Under the pieces are notes generated by a model. The model did no database searches and was not told the DNA's origin. It saw only the letters and a list, made by a program, of their open reading frames with translations. A DNA stretch of 35,277 nucleotides from Hemiscyllium ocellatum (Eukaryota): NCBI RefSeq assembly GCF_020745735.1, contig NW_026867487.1, forward strand, positions 5,101,239 to 5,136,515, written 5' to 3'. Below, in pieces: positions 11,531 through 21,258 of the stretch. The position numbers were made by a program, and so were the translations under genes. How positions within the stretch are numbered: position 1 is the stretch's first letter; each line of letters begins with the position of its first letter.

Positions 11531-11569
11531 GTGGCCACACACCACCCACATTTCCTGCTTTGAAAGTTT
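11531..11569 (-). promoter_or_regulatory. Candidate T-cell enhancer core (TCF/LEF + ETS + RUNX-like), left copy
   Basis: AAACTTTCAAAGCAGGAAATGTGGGTGGTGTGTGGCCAC is 37/39 identical to 21220-21258, within otherwise visibly diverged arms. Confidence 0.45.
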
Positions 11570-12764
11570 CACTTCACTACCTGAAACACATTTCACATTC
11601 TAGTTTCTCTAAGATGGTCTTCCCCTCTGTAATGCTTAATGCATAATTAGTAAATATAGATACCTTTCGACATTTTCTGTCTTCCTTTCCTTCTGAATAT
11701 CCTGTAACCTTCCATATTCAAGTATCCTTCCATGTATTTTGTTCAGAAATGTCTTTCTAACGACTACAAGAATGCTCTTATCTGTTTGGATTTGAACTTT
11801 TGGCTGACCTATTCTTTTGTGACTGTAATGGGCATTCAGATCTGAAGGTACTTAACATTTTATATTTTCTGTTTATCCTCCCATTATTTATCTTCGTTAT
11901 TTTTTCTTAGATTTGTACTCTCAACTCTCATGGTCAGGATGCCATTTAGTTGCCTGTACAATTCTTTTTCTTCCACTCTTTGAGTTACCGCATTCTCTGA
12001 AATTTCATTATTTATCCTGCATCATTTAGTTTCAAATATTCCCTGCTTTTCTAGTTATTTCATTCATATTAACAAAGGTCCCAGCACTATTCAGGTTAAT
12101 GCTATCTCATCTGTGCATATCCCCGCGTTGTCCAGTATAGGTGCTGAAGCTTGACTTTTCCAGCACTAATCTTTCCAAAAATTACTTATCTCTGCCACTT
12201 GATTTTTTCTATTCCACGTGGTCCATGAATAAACTGAAGATTCGAGACGAACTTCATAATTTTGCTTCATAATTTATTGCGTCGTACCTCGTACAGATTG
12301 CACAGCACCTCTTTTGTTTATCTACTTATGCTGTTCGTACATTTGTGTCTCACGAAGATGGGATTCTCTCCCTCCAGATCTTGTCCACCCCACTTCACGT
12401 TCCTTCCCTTAGATGATGGACTAAAATCTGGAACCAATCAGGCAGCAAAAATGATTCTGAAAGGGATTTATAGAGCAGATACAGAACGGAAGTCTATTCT
12501 TATTTAGGAATCTGGAACAGAGAGGGGATATTAATGAAAAGACCAGTCCCATTCTTTAATGATTTGGCAAGAATTTCTTTTCTTTGAGGTCTATCGTTTT
12601 TGTGGTTCTCTTTCCACTTGCTTAAAGCCCTCCAATTCACAATGATGTTTATGTGGACGATATTCAATGTTTTCCCGTTCAGATATCTACTGAAGCAACA
12701 ATGTGTGACACCCTGTTGCATACAGTCCACAAAAGGCAACAGCTGTGACTCATAAACCTGCAGC

Positions 12765-12802
12765 AGTTATGATACAAGACTTTCTCTCGTTCCTCCACTG
12801 TG
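12765..12802 (-). other. RSS of V2: CACAGTG, 22-bp spacer, ATCATAACT
   Basis: Heptamer 12796-12802, spacer 12774-12795 and nonamer 12765-12773, assigned by alignment with the V3 RSS. Confidence 0.75.
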
Positions 12803-13106
12803 AGGCTCATTGCACAGTAATAGACCGCGGTGTCACACAGCACCAGCTTTGGAATGGTCATTCGGTACAACTTGACAGATTTCTCTATTGTATCAGAAAA
12901 TCGGATCTGAGCGAAATCCGCCTTAAGTACAGCACTGCTGCTCTCGAACCTCTGGACTGCAAACTCGAGCTGCCTTCCCGGATACTGACAGTACCAGAAC
13001 AAATAACAAGCATTGCCTGTACAGGTGCAGTTTAAAGTGACATCTTGTCTCTCTGTCTGCATGAGCGAGGTTTCCGGTTGACTAACAGAATCACCATTGC
13101 TCAGAT
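12803..13106 (-). CDS. TCR alpha/delta-type V exon (V2), open frame, four extra Cys, no canonical leader
   Basis: After the TTCCAG acceptor it reads LSNGDSVSQPETSLMQTERQDVTLNCTCTGNACYLFWYCQYPGRQLEF...LVLCDTAVYYCAMSL. The exon is 304 nt with both canonical Cys and the Trp present and no stop codon. Confidence 0.85.
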
Positions 13107-13231
13107 CTGGAACACAAGGTTAAGGAAAGCGGAAATAATCGATTTACGGTGCAGTGAGAAATGCGAATTGACGGCAAAAATATCACATTCTGTTTGAAAC
13201 AGGTATTTCAACGTAATGCAAAAAATATCTC

Positions 13232-13352
13232 CGGATGCTGGAAAGCTCAGTTGTGATGAAGGATTACAGGATCCGAAACTGTTTTAATTCTGCTTTTTCT
13301 CCAAGGTGCTATCAAACATGTGGACCTTTTCTCAGCAATTTCTGTTTCTGTT
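13232..13352 (+). mobile_element. Decayed PLE-derived fragment with hammerhead-like core, upstream of V2 (paralog 16829-16949)
   Basis: GTGATGA-A-GGAT/ATCC-GAAAC at 13253-13279, followed by GATGCT/TTCTCAGCAATTTCTG-type tail motifs. Confidence 0.55.
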
Positions 13353-16023
13353 TAGCTTAAAACCTACTTCGGAAGATCTGGCAAATGTCCATGTTAGCAA
13401 TCCACACGAGAATCCCGCTTCCCCTTGCTCTCATTTCATGAGCACGTCCGTCTTTCAATCTCTTCATAATCTGTTTAGTTGCGTCCCCGTCATGACAGTA
13501 TGGCCTGACTCAAATAAACCTGAAGCCGGTGAGTTTTATGTTCTGAAGCCAAATCAGAATTCCCTTAACATTACTCTTCGATCATATTTCTGCATCTTAT
13601 ACTAAGACTCGTCGTTTGTGAATCCTCCCTCAGCTGACACATTATGTCAGCGTTGACCACGACAAAACATTTAGTCAGATTTATCTTTATTGGAGAAACT
13701 AAGTTTCACATTTTTGGATTTTACGTTTCCAAAGCTATCATCCCTTAAGGCTGGTGTCATCATTTTAGTTACACTTTTTTGTGTTTTGTGTCCCTTCTTC
13801 TTTCAAGACGTAGAGAAAATCAGTTCACATTAGCTAAACAGTAAAGCAACCACAGTCCAATAATTAATGGAAATAGTACTGGTTTACATCAAACTGAATT
13901 TGTCATTGGGTTTGGCTTCGATTAAATTCACACTGGAGATGCACAATGTATTTCCTTGATACTTTCTGTAAGTGATTCACGGATGTGGAATTGGTGGCAC
14001 TTGGGGATCTGAAGCTCAAAACTAAGACAACATCGTGAGGTGGGAAGAACAGATGGGTTTGGCAAGTCGAAACGTGATGGGATGCCTTTCATTGGAGCAG
14101 GAGTTGCTTGTCCAAGATTGTCATGCAAACAGAACACATACCAGTATTGAACGAGAATCCTGAAGTCGAAATCGATGTTCGAGATCTCTGATTGAGGCTT
14201 CTTTTAAAAATTCAGTACTTTGAGAAATATGAACACTTCATAAGATCGCAGGAGGAAAGAACAACGTGGATTTATTCGGCAGGCAATGGGGTTTCGGAGA
14301 GGGATTAAACCAATGTTGGCAGTTAATTGTTGTATTTTCCAGTACTCACAGTCAGAGAAGGAATGCAGTTCACATTCCTCGAGTATCAGAACTAGAGGTC
14401 CCCAGTTGACAGAGCTGATTGGTGACCATGACAGCTCCCTTCACCCCATGCTGAACGTCAGTGGATCTGAGGGATTTGGGCTCAGTGATGAGGTGGATAA
14501 ACAATTAAATTCTTAACGGCTTAAATGGTGGACAGTATTACATTTGCTACATTTATTGGCAAGATTCATAACAACTGAATTTTCTGTAAGTTTATTTTGT
14601 ACCATTGCAAATGTAACTACTGCACCAATGCCAGTTTCTCTGTCGTGTCTGAATAAGATGGTTCACTGTCACATTTTCAAGGAGTGTTGCAGTTGAATGC
14701 CTGCTTTAACATCGGCGCCCAAATGGCTAAAGGATCTTTAAATAGACATTACTGTACAGTGTCTTGCAAGACATGGATGGAAGTTGCAAGAGAGCAGATA
14801 AGCACATTAAGAAAGCAGTCGAACCCTGATGGAAGTGAATGTACTCCTGCCAAGTTTGCAGGTGATATAAGTGTGAAGGCACGTGGGGAGAACGTCACAG
14901 CGATTCTATAAGATGAGAAGTATATAGAGGTTTTAGGAGCGTCGGAAATCTTTGAATTGATCCATGGCCACTGGGATCTCAGAAATACTGCAAATCAGAA
15001 AATGAAAGTTTTAATGACAGGTGGTATCGAATAAAGGTTTTTGTGCTTCGTTTTCGAAACAATTGGATTGTGTACGTATTAGTAAAATGTGAGTAATGTT
15101 AAAGGAAGGCCACATCCTTCATACTTCATTAATTTATAATTTACTCTGATCTTTCATTCTATGCATCGCACTCGTAATGTTTCACATTCTTTGTTTTTCC
15201 CTCATTCTTTCGTTTTTCATTATTCTGTCCTTTGCTATTATTGTTGCTGTGTTTCTATTCTTTATCTGTCTTTCCATCACTACTATCGACTTTCATGTAT
15301 ACTTCTGCATTTTCTCAGTGCACATTTCCAATTCTCTTCACTTCTGACTTCACTATATCTTGCTCCTGAGTATTTTATGTTTTTGTTTTCATTCTCCTTA
15401 ACCTTCATAATCTGGAGATGTGAATTCGTAACCTTGATACGCCAAACTGAGCATCACGGACCTCCCACTTGGTGTACGTTTATGTTGAGATGGTCTTTCT
15501 GTTTCTAATGCTGTGCACCAGTAGAGAGGTGGCAGTGCCCCAAACATCGATTCGATTTCGGATTGTTCCTCAGTACTGGTATGTGTTCTGTTCTCAGGAG
15601 CAATCCTCGAAAGCATTTCCCGATTCCATAATATTAATCCCATTGCATTTCGACTTGCCAATCTCTTCATGATTTTCCTGCCTCACCATGTTGACTCCTT
15701 TTTGAGCTTCATGTCTCCATCCGTTCCACAGCCGTGAATCACTTCCGTGAAAGTGACAAGGAAATACCTTGTGCATCTCCAGTGTGAAATTAATCCAAGC
15801 CAAATCCAATGACAACTTCAGCCTGATCAGACAATGTGAATAAAATAAACAGAGAATTTTCATGTACATTGCACCGCTACTTATTTGAGATAATATAAAA
15901 ATGAGATGAAAGAGAAGACTGTCAGATTTATTGGAGACCAGTCTGTCTACATTTACCCTTTTTTTTGGTCTAATCAACAGAATGTGAGTTTGTTGCCAGA
16001 AACACCGACGTTGCAGGCGAAAG

Positions 16024-16098
16024 TGACTCAACCAACCAGATTCAGTAATTGCAGCTCCTTGCTGCAGAGGATATGACATCAAACTAATCTCAACCAAT
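16024..16098 (+). promoter_or_regulatory. Putative V promoter: TGACTCA (16024-16030), TGACATCA (16074-16081), CCAAT (16094-16098)
   Basis: The motifs lie 85-160 bp upstream of an intact leader ATG. CRE-like TGACATCA elements are established in mammalian TCR V promoters. Confidence 0.55.
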
Positions 16099-16181
16099 GC
16101 TCTGGGTTTCTTTTATCTCTAATGCAATATTCTGCAGACTTCTGAAACACAAGCAAGTGTCCAGGAACCAGAGCAGCAGCG

Positions 16182-16227
16182 ATGCAGTTTTCAGTTTTTG
16201 TGATGACCTCGATGGCATTCATTTTAG
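16182..16227 (+). CDS. Intact V leader exon MQFSVFVMTSMAFIL(G), probable leader of V3
   Basis: 46 nt (15 codons + 1), hydrophobic, with a G|GTAAGA phase-1 donor. It joins in frame to the V3 acceptor at 17089. Confidence 0.75.
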
Positions 16228-16828
16228 GTAAGAGCTTTTACACTTAAGAAAAGGGATCAATCTCTCTATTTCTAAGTGTGATCCAAACCAGTACTATTTT
16301 TAGGAAGTATTGGACACTGTTGCTTTATTCTTTAGCTATTGTGTATCCATTTTCTCTGTGTCTTGCAGGGAGAAGAAAGGGGCACAAAATGCAAAGAAGA
16401 GTAATTACGGTGATGATACCAGCATTAAGGGATGATACTTTTGTAAACATAAAATAGTTTCGCTATTAAACATAATTAAACATAATTAGTTTCGCTAATA
16501 AAGATAAAACTGATGCAATTTTATTTGGGAGGGTGGAGTCGACATAGAGACAATGTTTCAGCCGAGGGAGGATTCGAAAACGACGAGTCTTAGCATAAAA
16601 TGTAGCAATATGATCAAATAGTAATAGTAAGTGAATTCTGTTTTGGCTGCAGAACATATAACTCGCTGGCTACAGGTTTAGTTGAGTCAGGCCATGCGGT
16701 CATGGTGGGCAAGTTGTCTAAAAAGATTATGAAGAGACTGAAAGATGGACAAGCAAAAGAAATTAGACCATGGGGAAGCGGGATTCTCGTGTGGACTATT
16801 TAACAGTTATTCTGAAGTAGGTTTATGC

Positions 16829-16949
16829 TAAAAGAAAGCAGAAATTGCTGAGAAAAGTCCAGACGTTTGATAGCATCTTGGAGAAAAAGCAGAATTAAAG
16901 CAGTTTCGGATCCAGTAACCCTTCTTCACAACTGAGCTTTCCAGCATCC
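16829..16949 (-). mobile_element. Decayed PLE-derived fragment in the V3 intron (paralog of 13232-13352)
   Basis: The reverse complement reads GTGAAGA-A-GGGT/ATCC-GAAAC and sits at the same position relative to the V exon as in the left arm. Confidence 0.55.
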
Positions 16950-17088
16950 ATAGTTTTTTTCTTTTTGGTTATTTTTGCTTAACGTTCAAATTCCTTGTTT
17001 AGCGGAAAGTGACATTTTTGCTGTCAGTTCGCATTTCTAACTGCACTTTTAATCAATGATTTCAGCTTTATTTTATCTTCTGTTTCAG

Positions 17089-17392
17089 ATAGGAGTGATG
17101 GAGATTCTGTTACTGAGCAGGAGCCCTGGTTCGCACAGACAGAGGGAGAAAATGTCACGTTCAGTTGCACCTATACCGGCAATGCTTTTTACTTGCTCTG
17201 GTACCGTCAATACCCGGAAAGACAGCCCGAGTTTGCAGTCTGGAAGATGGAGAGCAGTGGTGCTGAACTTAAGGCGGACTTCGCTCAGACCCGTTTTTTT
17301 GGTACACTCCAGAAATCTGAAAAGTTGTATCGACTGACCATTTCAGAGCTGGTCCTGTCTGACACCGCGACCTATTATTGTGCAATGAGCCT
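17089..17392 (+). CDS. TCR alpha/delta-type V exon (V3), apparently functional
   Basis: After TGTTTCAG it reads RSDGDSVTEQEPWFAQTEGENVTFSCTYTGNAFYLLWYRQYPERQPEF...LVLSDTATYYCAMSL. It is open, 304 nt long, and has the canonical C-W-C pattern. Confidence 0.92.
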
Positions 17393-17431
17393 CACAGTGA
17401 GGGGAGTGAGCGAAAGCCTCGTACAATAACT
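17393..17431 (+). other. 23-RSS of V3: CACAGTG, 23-bp spacer, ACAATAACT
   Basis: Heptamer 17393-17399, spacer 17400-17422, nonamer 17423-17431. Confidence 0.92.
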
Positions 17432-18380
17432 GCTGCAGGTTTCTGGGTCACAGCTGTTGCCTGTTGAAGGCGGCTAACAATAGTGTGTCGCACATGGTTG
17501 CTTCAGTAGATGCCTGAACGGGAAAATCTGAAGTGGGGCCCACATAAACATCATCAAAAATCTTCACATCGATTACTGATGTTGATAGTGACTGTGCAAG
17601 GGAGCAGATATCTGTTGTTTATTTGACCAGCTCTGGGAAATCGCTTCTGCAATGAAACAAGAAAATGTTTCACGTAGACTAGAACAGACATGTCCTCATC
17701 TGGTAGTTTCAGAAAGATCCCACTGCAAATGAAGAGCAAGTTTTGATTAGAAATATCAGTTTGTAGTGTACATTGGAGCCTGTCCAGTGAAAGTCCTAAT
17801 AATTGCAATAACCAGCTTGCAGGTGTCATCATATTAAACATGCGTGTACCTAGTAATTCCAGGTCTCCACAAGATGAGCAGATGCGATGAGGTGTTATCG
17901 ATATGAAGTTCAAAGTAAAGAAACAAAGTTAAATATAATAATCTGTTACACAGAAACAGTGAGCACCACGTTTGCAGAACAGTGCCTGGATGATCAGAAA
18001 TCAGTCTAAAGAAAAGAGTCAAATTGCAAATATAAGGAGGGCATGCTTTGGCAAATCTTGACCTAACAGGTAAGGCTGTAGGTGTTGTTGCTATTTACCT
18101 CCACGTTATTCAGTATTCAGTTAATGTTGCTTCATGCTCTATTGTGCACCTTTTTGTACCAGCTGAAATATTTTGACAGTCACTCGAATGCAATGGCTTT
18201 AATTTTCTGAATATTTTACACTCAGGAACGAAGTATTTGAATTTTATTCAAATGCGGTGAACACGCCCTCCCCAGTGCTGTCGCCTTGTGAATTGTTTTG
18301 GTTCATTTGAAATCAATGAATTCCAGTATAATTTAAGAAGTAATGTTAATTCTTACTGTATCAGCCATAATTTGCGCTTT

Positions 18381-18925
18381 ATTAAATTGGGCGGTGTTTA
18401 TCTACTTCCAGTCATTGTGTCTGTCAGTGCACAGTAATACACCGTGCTGTCAGACAGCTGGAGCCAACTGATGGTGAAATTCCCGTCCATGTTCGAAGTG
18501 TCCAGAGATGCAGAAAATCGAGCGCCAATATCTTTTGCTCTGACGACCTTTCCTTTTGCAGGGATGTAGATCAAGAACGTTGGAGGTGCACCCGGATCTT
18601 GGCGGTACAATTATGAGGAGTATAAACGAAGTGTGATTGAATAGCTGAAACGAATAGTCACCGAATCTCCTTCAATCTGTGCTACAGGAACTGGCTTCTG
18701 TGAGACATCATCTGCTCAATTAACACCTGCAGAAATTTAGAAAGAAATGAAGTTAAGAGAAGATTAGAACAACTATTCCCAAATTAAGGGCATATATTGT
18801 AATACTGTGAAACATAGCTTAAGGGAAGACGACTGATCCAATATTGTATACCTTTTACACGTCAGCAACTTACCACTAACGAGAAATGTTGCAATTAGGA
18901 ATGCGCAAGCAATATGAAGCGAAAT
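18381..18925 (-). pseudogene. TCR alpha/delta-type V pseudogene (V4)
   Basis: Leader 18874-18925 (ATT for ATG; SLHIACAFLIATFLVSG; GTAAGT donor). V exon 18420-18726 has TGA at 18716-18718 and TAA at 18611-18613, has lost the first Cys and the Trp, and ends LSDSTVYYCALTD. Heptamer CACAATG at 18413-18419; nonamer degenerate. Confidence 0.9.
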
Positions 18926-19428
18926 GCTTACAGAGCGAGTACCCGATTTAAACAGAGGAAACTATAGCTGAATTGTATTAGCTCAGGGTCAATTGTTATC
19001 ACATGGCACCAGTAACAAATCAGACATACGAACTCTGTGTATTCTAGCTCTCAACTTCCACTCTCGCTCGCTGAAATGCTGCCTTACAACCCTATCCCTC
19101 TTTCTAACTATGTCGTTGTACCTACGTGGACCCTCTCCCTTTAGGACCCGAAAAACACGATTTGAGACATCACAGACACTGGCACCTGGGAGACAACACA
19201 CCAACCCTGAGTCACGTTCGTTCCCAACAAAACTTCCCTTAATTTCAGGCAGTCATGCAAAGAGTTGCGCCACTAATAATACACACTTATGCTCAAAAGA
19301 AAGATTTTGTACAGAAAGCAACGCAGAAAGAGGTCTTCGGAAAAATATGCCCTTTCTCATTTTCACTGTATTAAAAATTCTCAATGGAGATCAGAGATCC
19401 GAATCTGTGAAAAGGGGGGAAGTAAGTG

Positions 19429-19906
19429 TTGTTTCTTGGTTGACTGCACCGTGAATATAACTGAGTGAGCAGCAGTATGCAGTAATCAGTGGCAGAGTCA
19501 GAGACAGGAGTACCGTGATATTTACTGGAACTGTTTGCTGGTCTTCGTCCCAAATCGAGAAAGCTGCTCAGAAAACTCAGAAAACTGTTCCCCTTTTCCA
19601 CTGTTGAATCGCCTCAGTAAATGTCTCAGAGTTACCCCGTGAAACTGCATGTACCAGAGGAGAGTTGATACACTGTATTCTGTTTTGTGCAGCTGCAATT
19701 AAGTTTTAGGGTCTGTTCTTTGTGAAGATTAAACTGAAACGGATCCTGGAAAACAGAATCTTACCCACTCGTTCCTTTAACAAACACATAAAATAGATTA
19801 AAAACATGCATGCAGAAAAATACAATAAAACATATAATGACGGCTTCAGCTCAGACTTAGTGAGCAGCACAGCCAAGAGTATCAGGAAATCACACAGAAA
19901 ATACAT
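19429..19906 (-). pseudogene. TCR alpha/delta-type V pseudogene (V5)
   Basis: Leader MYFLCDFLILLAVLLT starts at 19906 and has no GT donor in phase. V exon 19468-19774 has TAA at 19761-19763, then LNCSC...LWYMQ with frameshifts, ending VSDSATDYC. Heptamer CACTCAG at 19461-19467 is followed after 23 bp by AAGAAACAA. Confidence 0.82.
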
Positions 19907-21219
19907 GGTGTGTAGTTCGACAGCAAATAAGAAGCTGTCAAAATGATGCTCTTACAGTCTTGTGTCAGCGATTGATTGCAGATAAAAAGCAGCCTTTACT
20001 AACTGTGAAACTCAGTGGTCTGACTCCCAGTTGCAATTAGCTGGGGTTCCTCAAATCGGACATTCACCGGTGACTAGTCACTGTCATATAAAGAATTACA
20101 TATGGTTGGCTGTCTCCACTCTATTCATTGGCTGTTTATGTGAGGCTGCCTTACCATTTGCTCGCCCTCACAGTTTCAGGCATTCTGTGTTATTCTCGCT
20201 TTATCTAGCCACTATTAATTGGAAGGGTTTATATTGAGGGCAAGTGAATTACACCGAATGATGGGCCTCAAAGAAAATAAGCTCTGCAAATCTCTAAATG
20301 GGAATGCCCTTTTCATTAATATGCCCCCTGTCTTCTGGATTCCTCGACAAGAATAAATTTCCTCATTATATCTGTTCTATCAATTCCCTACAGAATCTCA
20401 TATGCTGTCTGACTGATGCCAGATTTTAGTAAACCATTTAAGGGAAAGCAATGTGAACTTGGATCCCACCTTCGTGTGACATAAATGTACGAATGGCTCA
20501 GGAGGACAAAAAAAAAGTACTGTACAATCTGTACAAGGTACGAGGCACGAAATTATGAAGCAGAATGTCAAAGAAGTATCGAATCTTCGTGAAATACTTG
20601 GAATAGGAAAAGTCAAACTAGAGAGATGAGTGAGTTTCTGAAGGACTGGTGTGGGAGAAGTTGTGCGCCAGCACTGTTACTGGAGATTGTGGGATTTTCA
20701 AAGATGAGGCATTAAGTTGAATGTTGATGCAAATGATGCAAGTTGGAAAGTAGAGAAGATTTGAAACTAGATGTTGCAGGATAATTAATGAAATTTCGGA
20801 AAAATGCAGTTAATTAAAGAGTGGAAGAAATAAATAGTTTACATGTGACAAAATGACCACCTCGTTGAGACATTTGGGTATAGAGAGTACAAATCTACAG
20901 GAAATTTAAGAGAAGTGACTGGAGGATAAGCAAAATCTATAAAGTGTACTTTGCCTCGAGACCTGAATGGCCAATTCACCCCGAACAAAATTGGCAAACA
21001 AAAAATAAATAGTGCAATCTATCAACCATTATAAAGGCATTTCTGAAAAATAACATGGAAGGGTAACTGAATATGAAAGGTTATAGGATATTTCAGAAGT
21101 ACAGGCAGACAGAAAATGGTGGGAGGTAGCTATGTTTGTCAGTAATACCATAAACCTTATGGAAAGAAAGACCAACTTAGAGAAATTAGGCTGTGGAATC
21201 GGTTTTAAACAGAAAATCA

Positions 21220-21258
21220 AAACTTTCAAAGCAGGAAATGAGGGTTGTGTGTGGCCAC
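21220..21258 (+). promoter_or_regulatory. Candidate T-cell enhancer core, right copy
   Basis: AAACTTTCAAAGCAGGAAATGAGGGTTGTGTGTGGCCAC; paralog of 11531-11569. Confidence 0.45.

Larger units (their letters stand above)
1780..14190 (+). repeat. Left arm of a large inverted segmental duplication
   Basis: Collinear reverse-complement matches to 15530-30250 were checked at many anchors: 1781-1845/30185-30250, V1/V6, 6291-6323/25923-25955, 7226-7256/24002-24032, 11531-11569/21220-21258, V2/V3 and 13890-14180/15540-15825. Confidence 0.9.

Noticed and set aside
13368-13434. Open phase-1 exon MRARGSGILVWIANMDICQIFR with A|GTAGGT donor as the V2 leader
   Set aside because: It is poorly hydrophobic and its paralog (16762-16816) has two in-frame stops, although V3 is otherwise intact. 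A canonical leader exists at 16182. It is not fully excluded without transcript data.
14860-14911. ISVKARGENVT resembling V framework 1
   Set aside because: No Cys, Trp or framework-3 motif follows, and a stop occurs within 4 codons.
15594-16097. 167-aa minus-strand ORF
   Set aside because: No recognisable domain. It spans the arm-specific deletion breakpoint and the paralogous part is not open.
16455-16500. Small local duplication (TAGTTTCGCTA twice, ATTAAACATA twice)
   Set aside because: Ordinary replication slippage in an intron.
18993-19454. 153-aa plus-strand ORF
   Set aside because: Non-ATG start, no motifs, and it lies between two V pseudogenes on the opposite strand.
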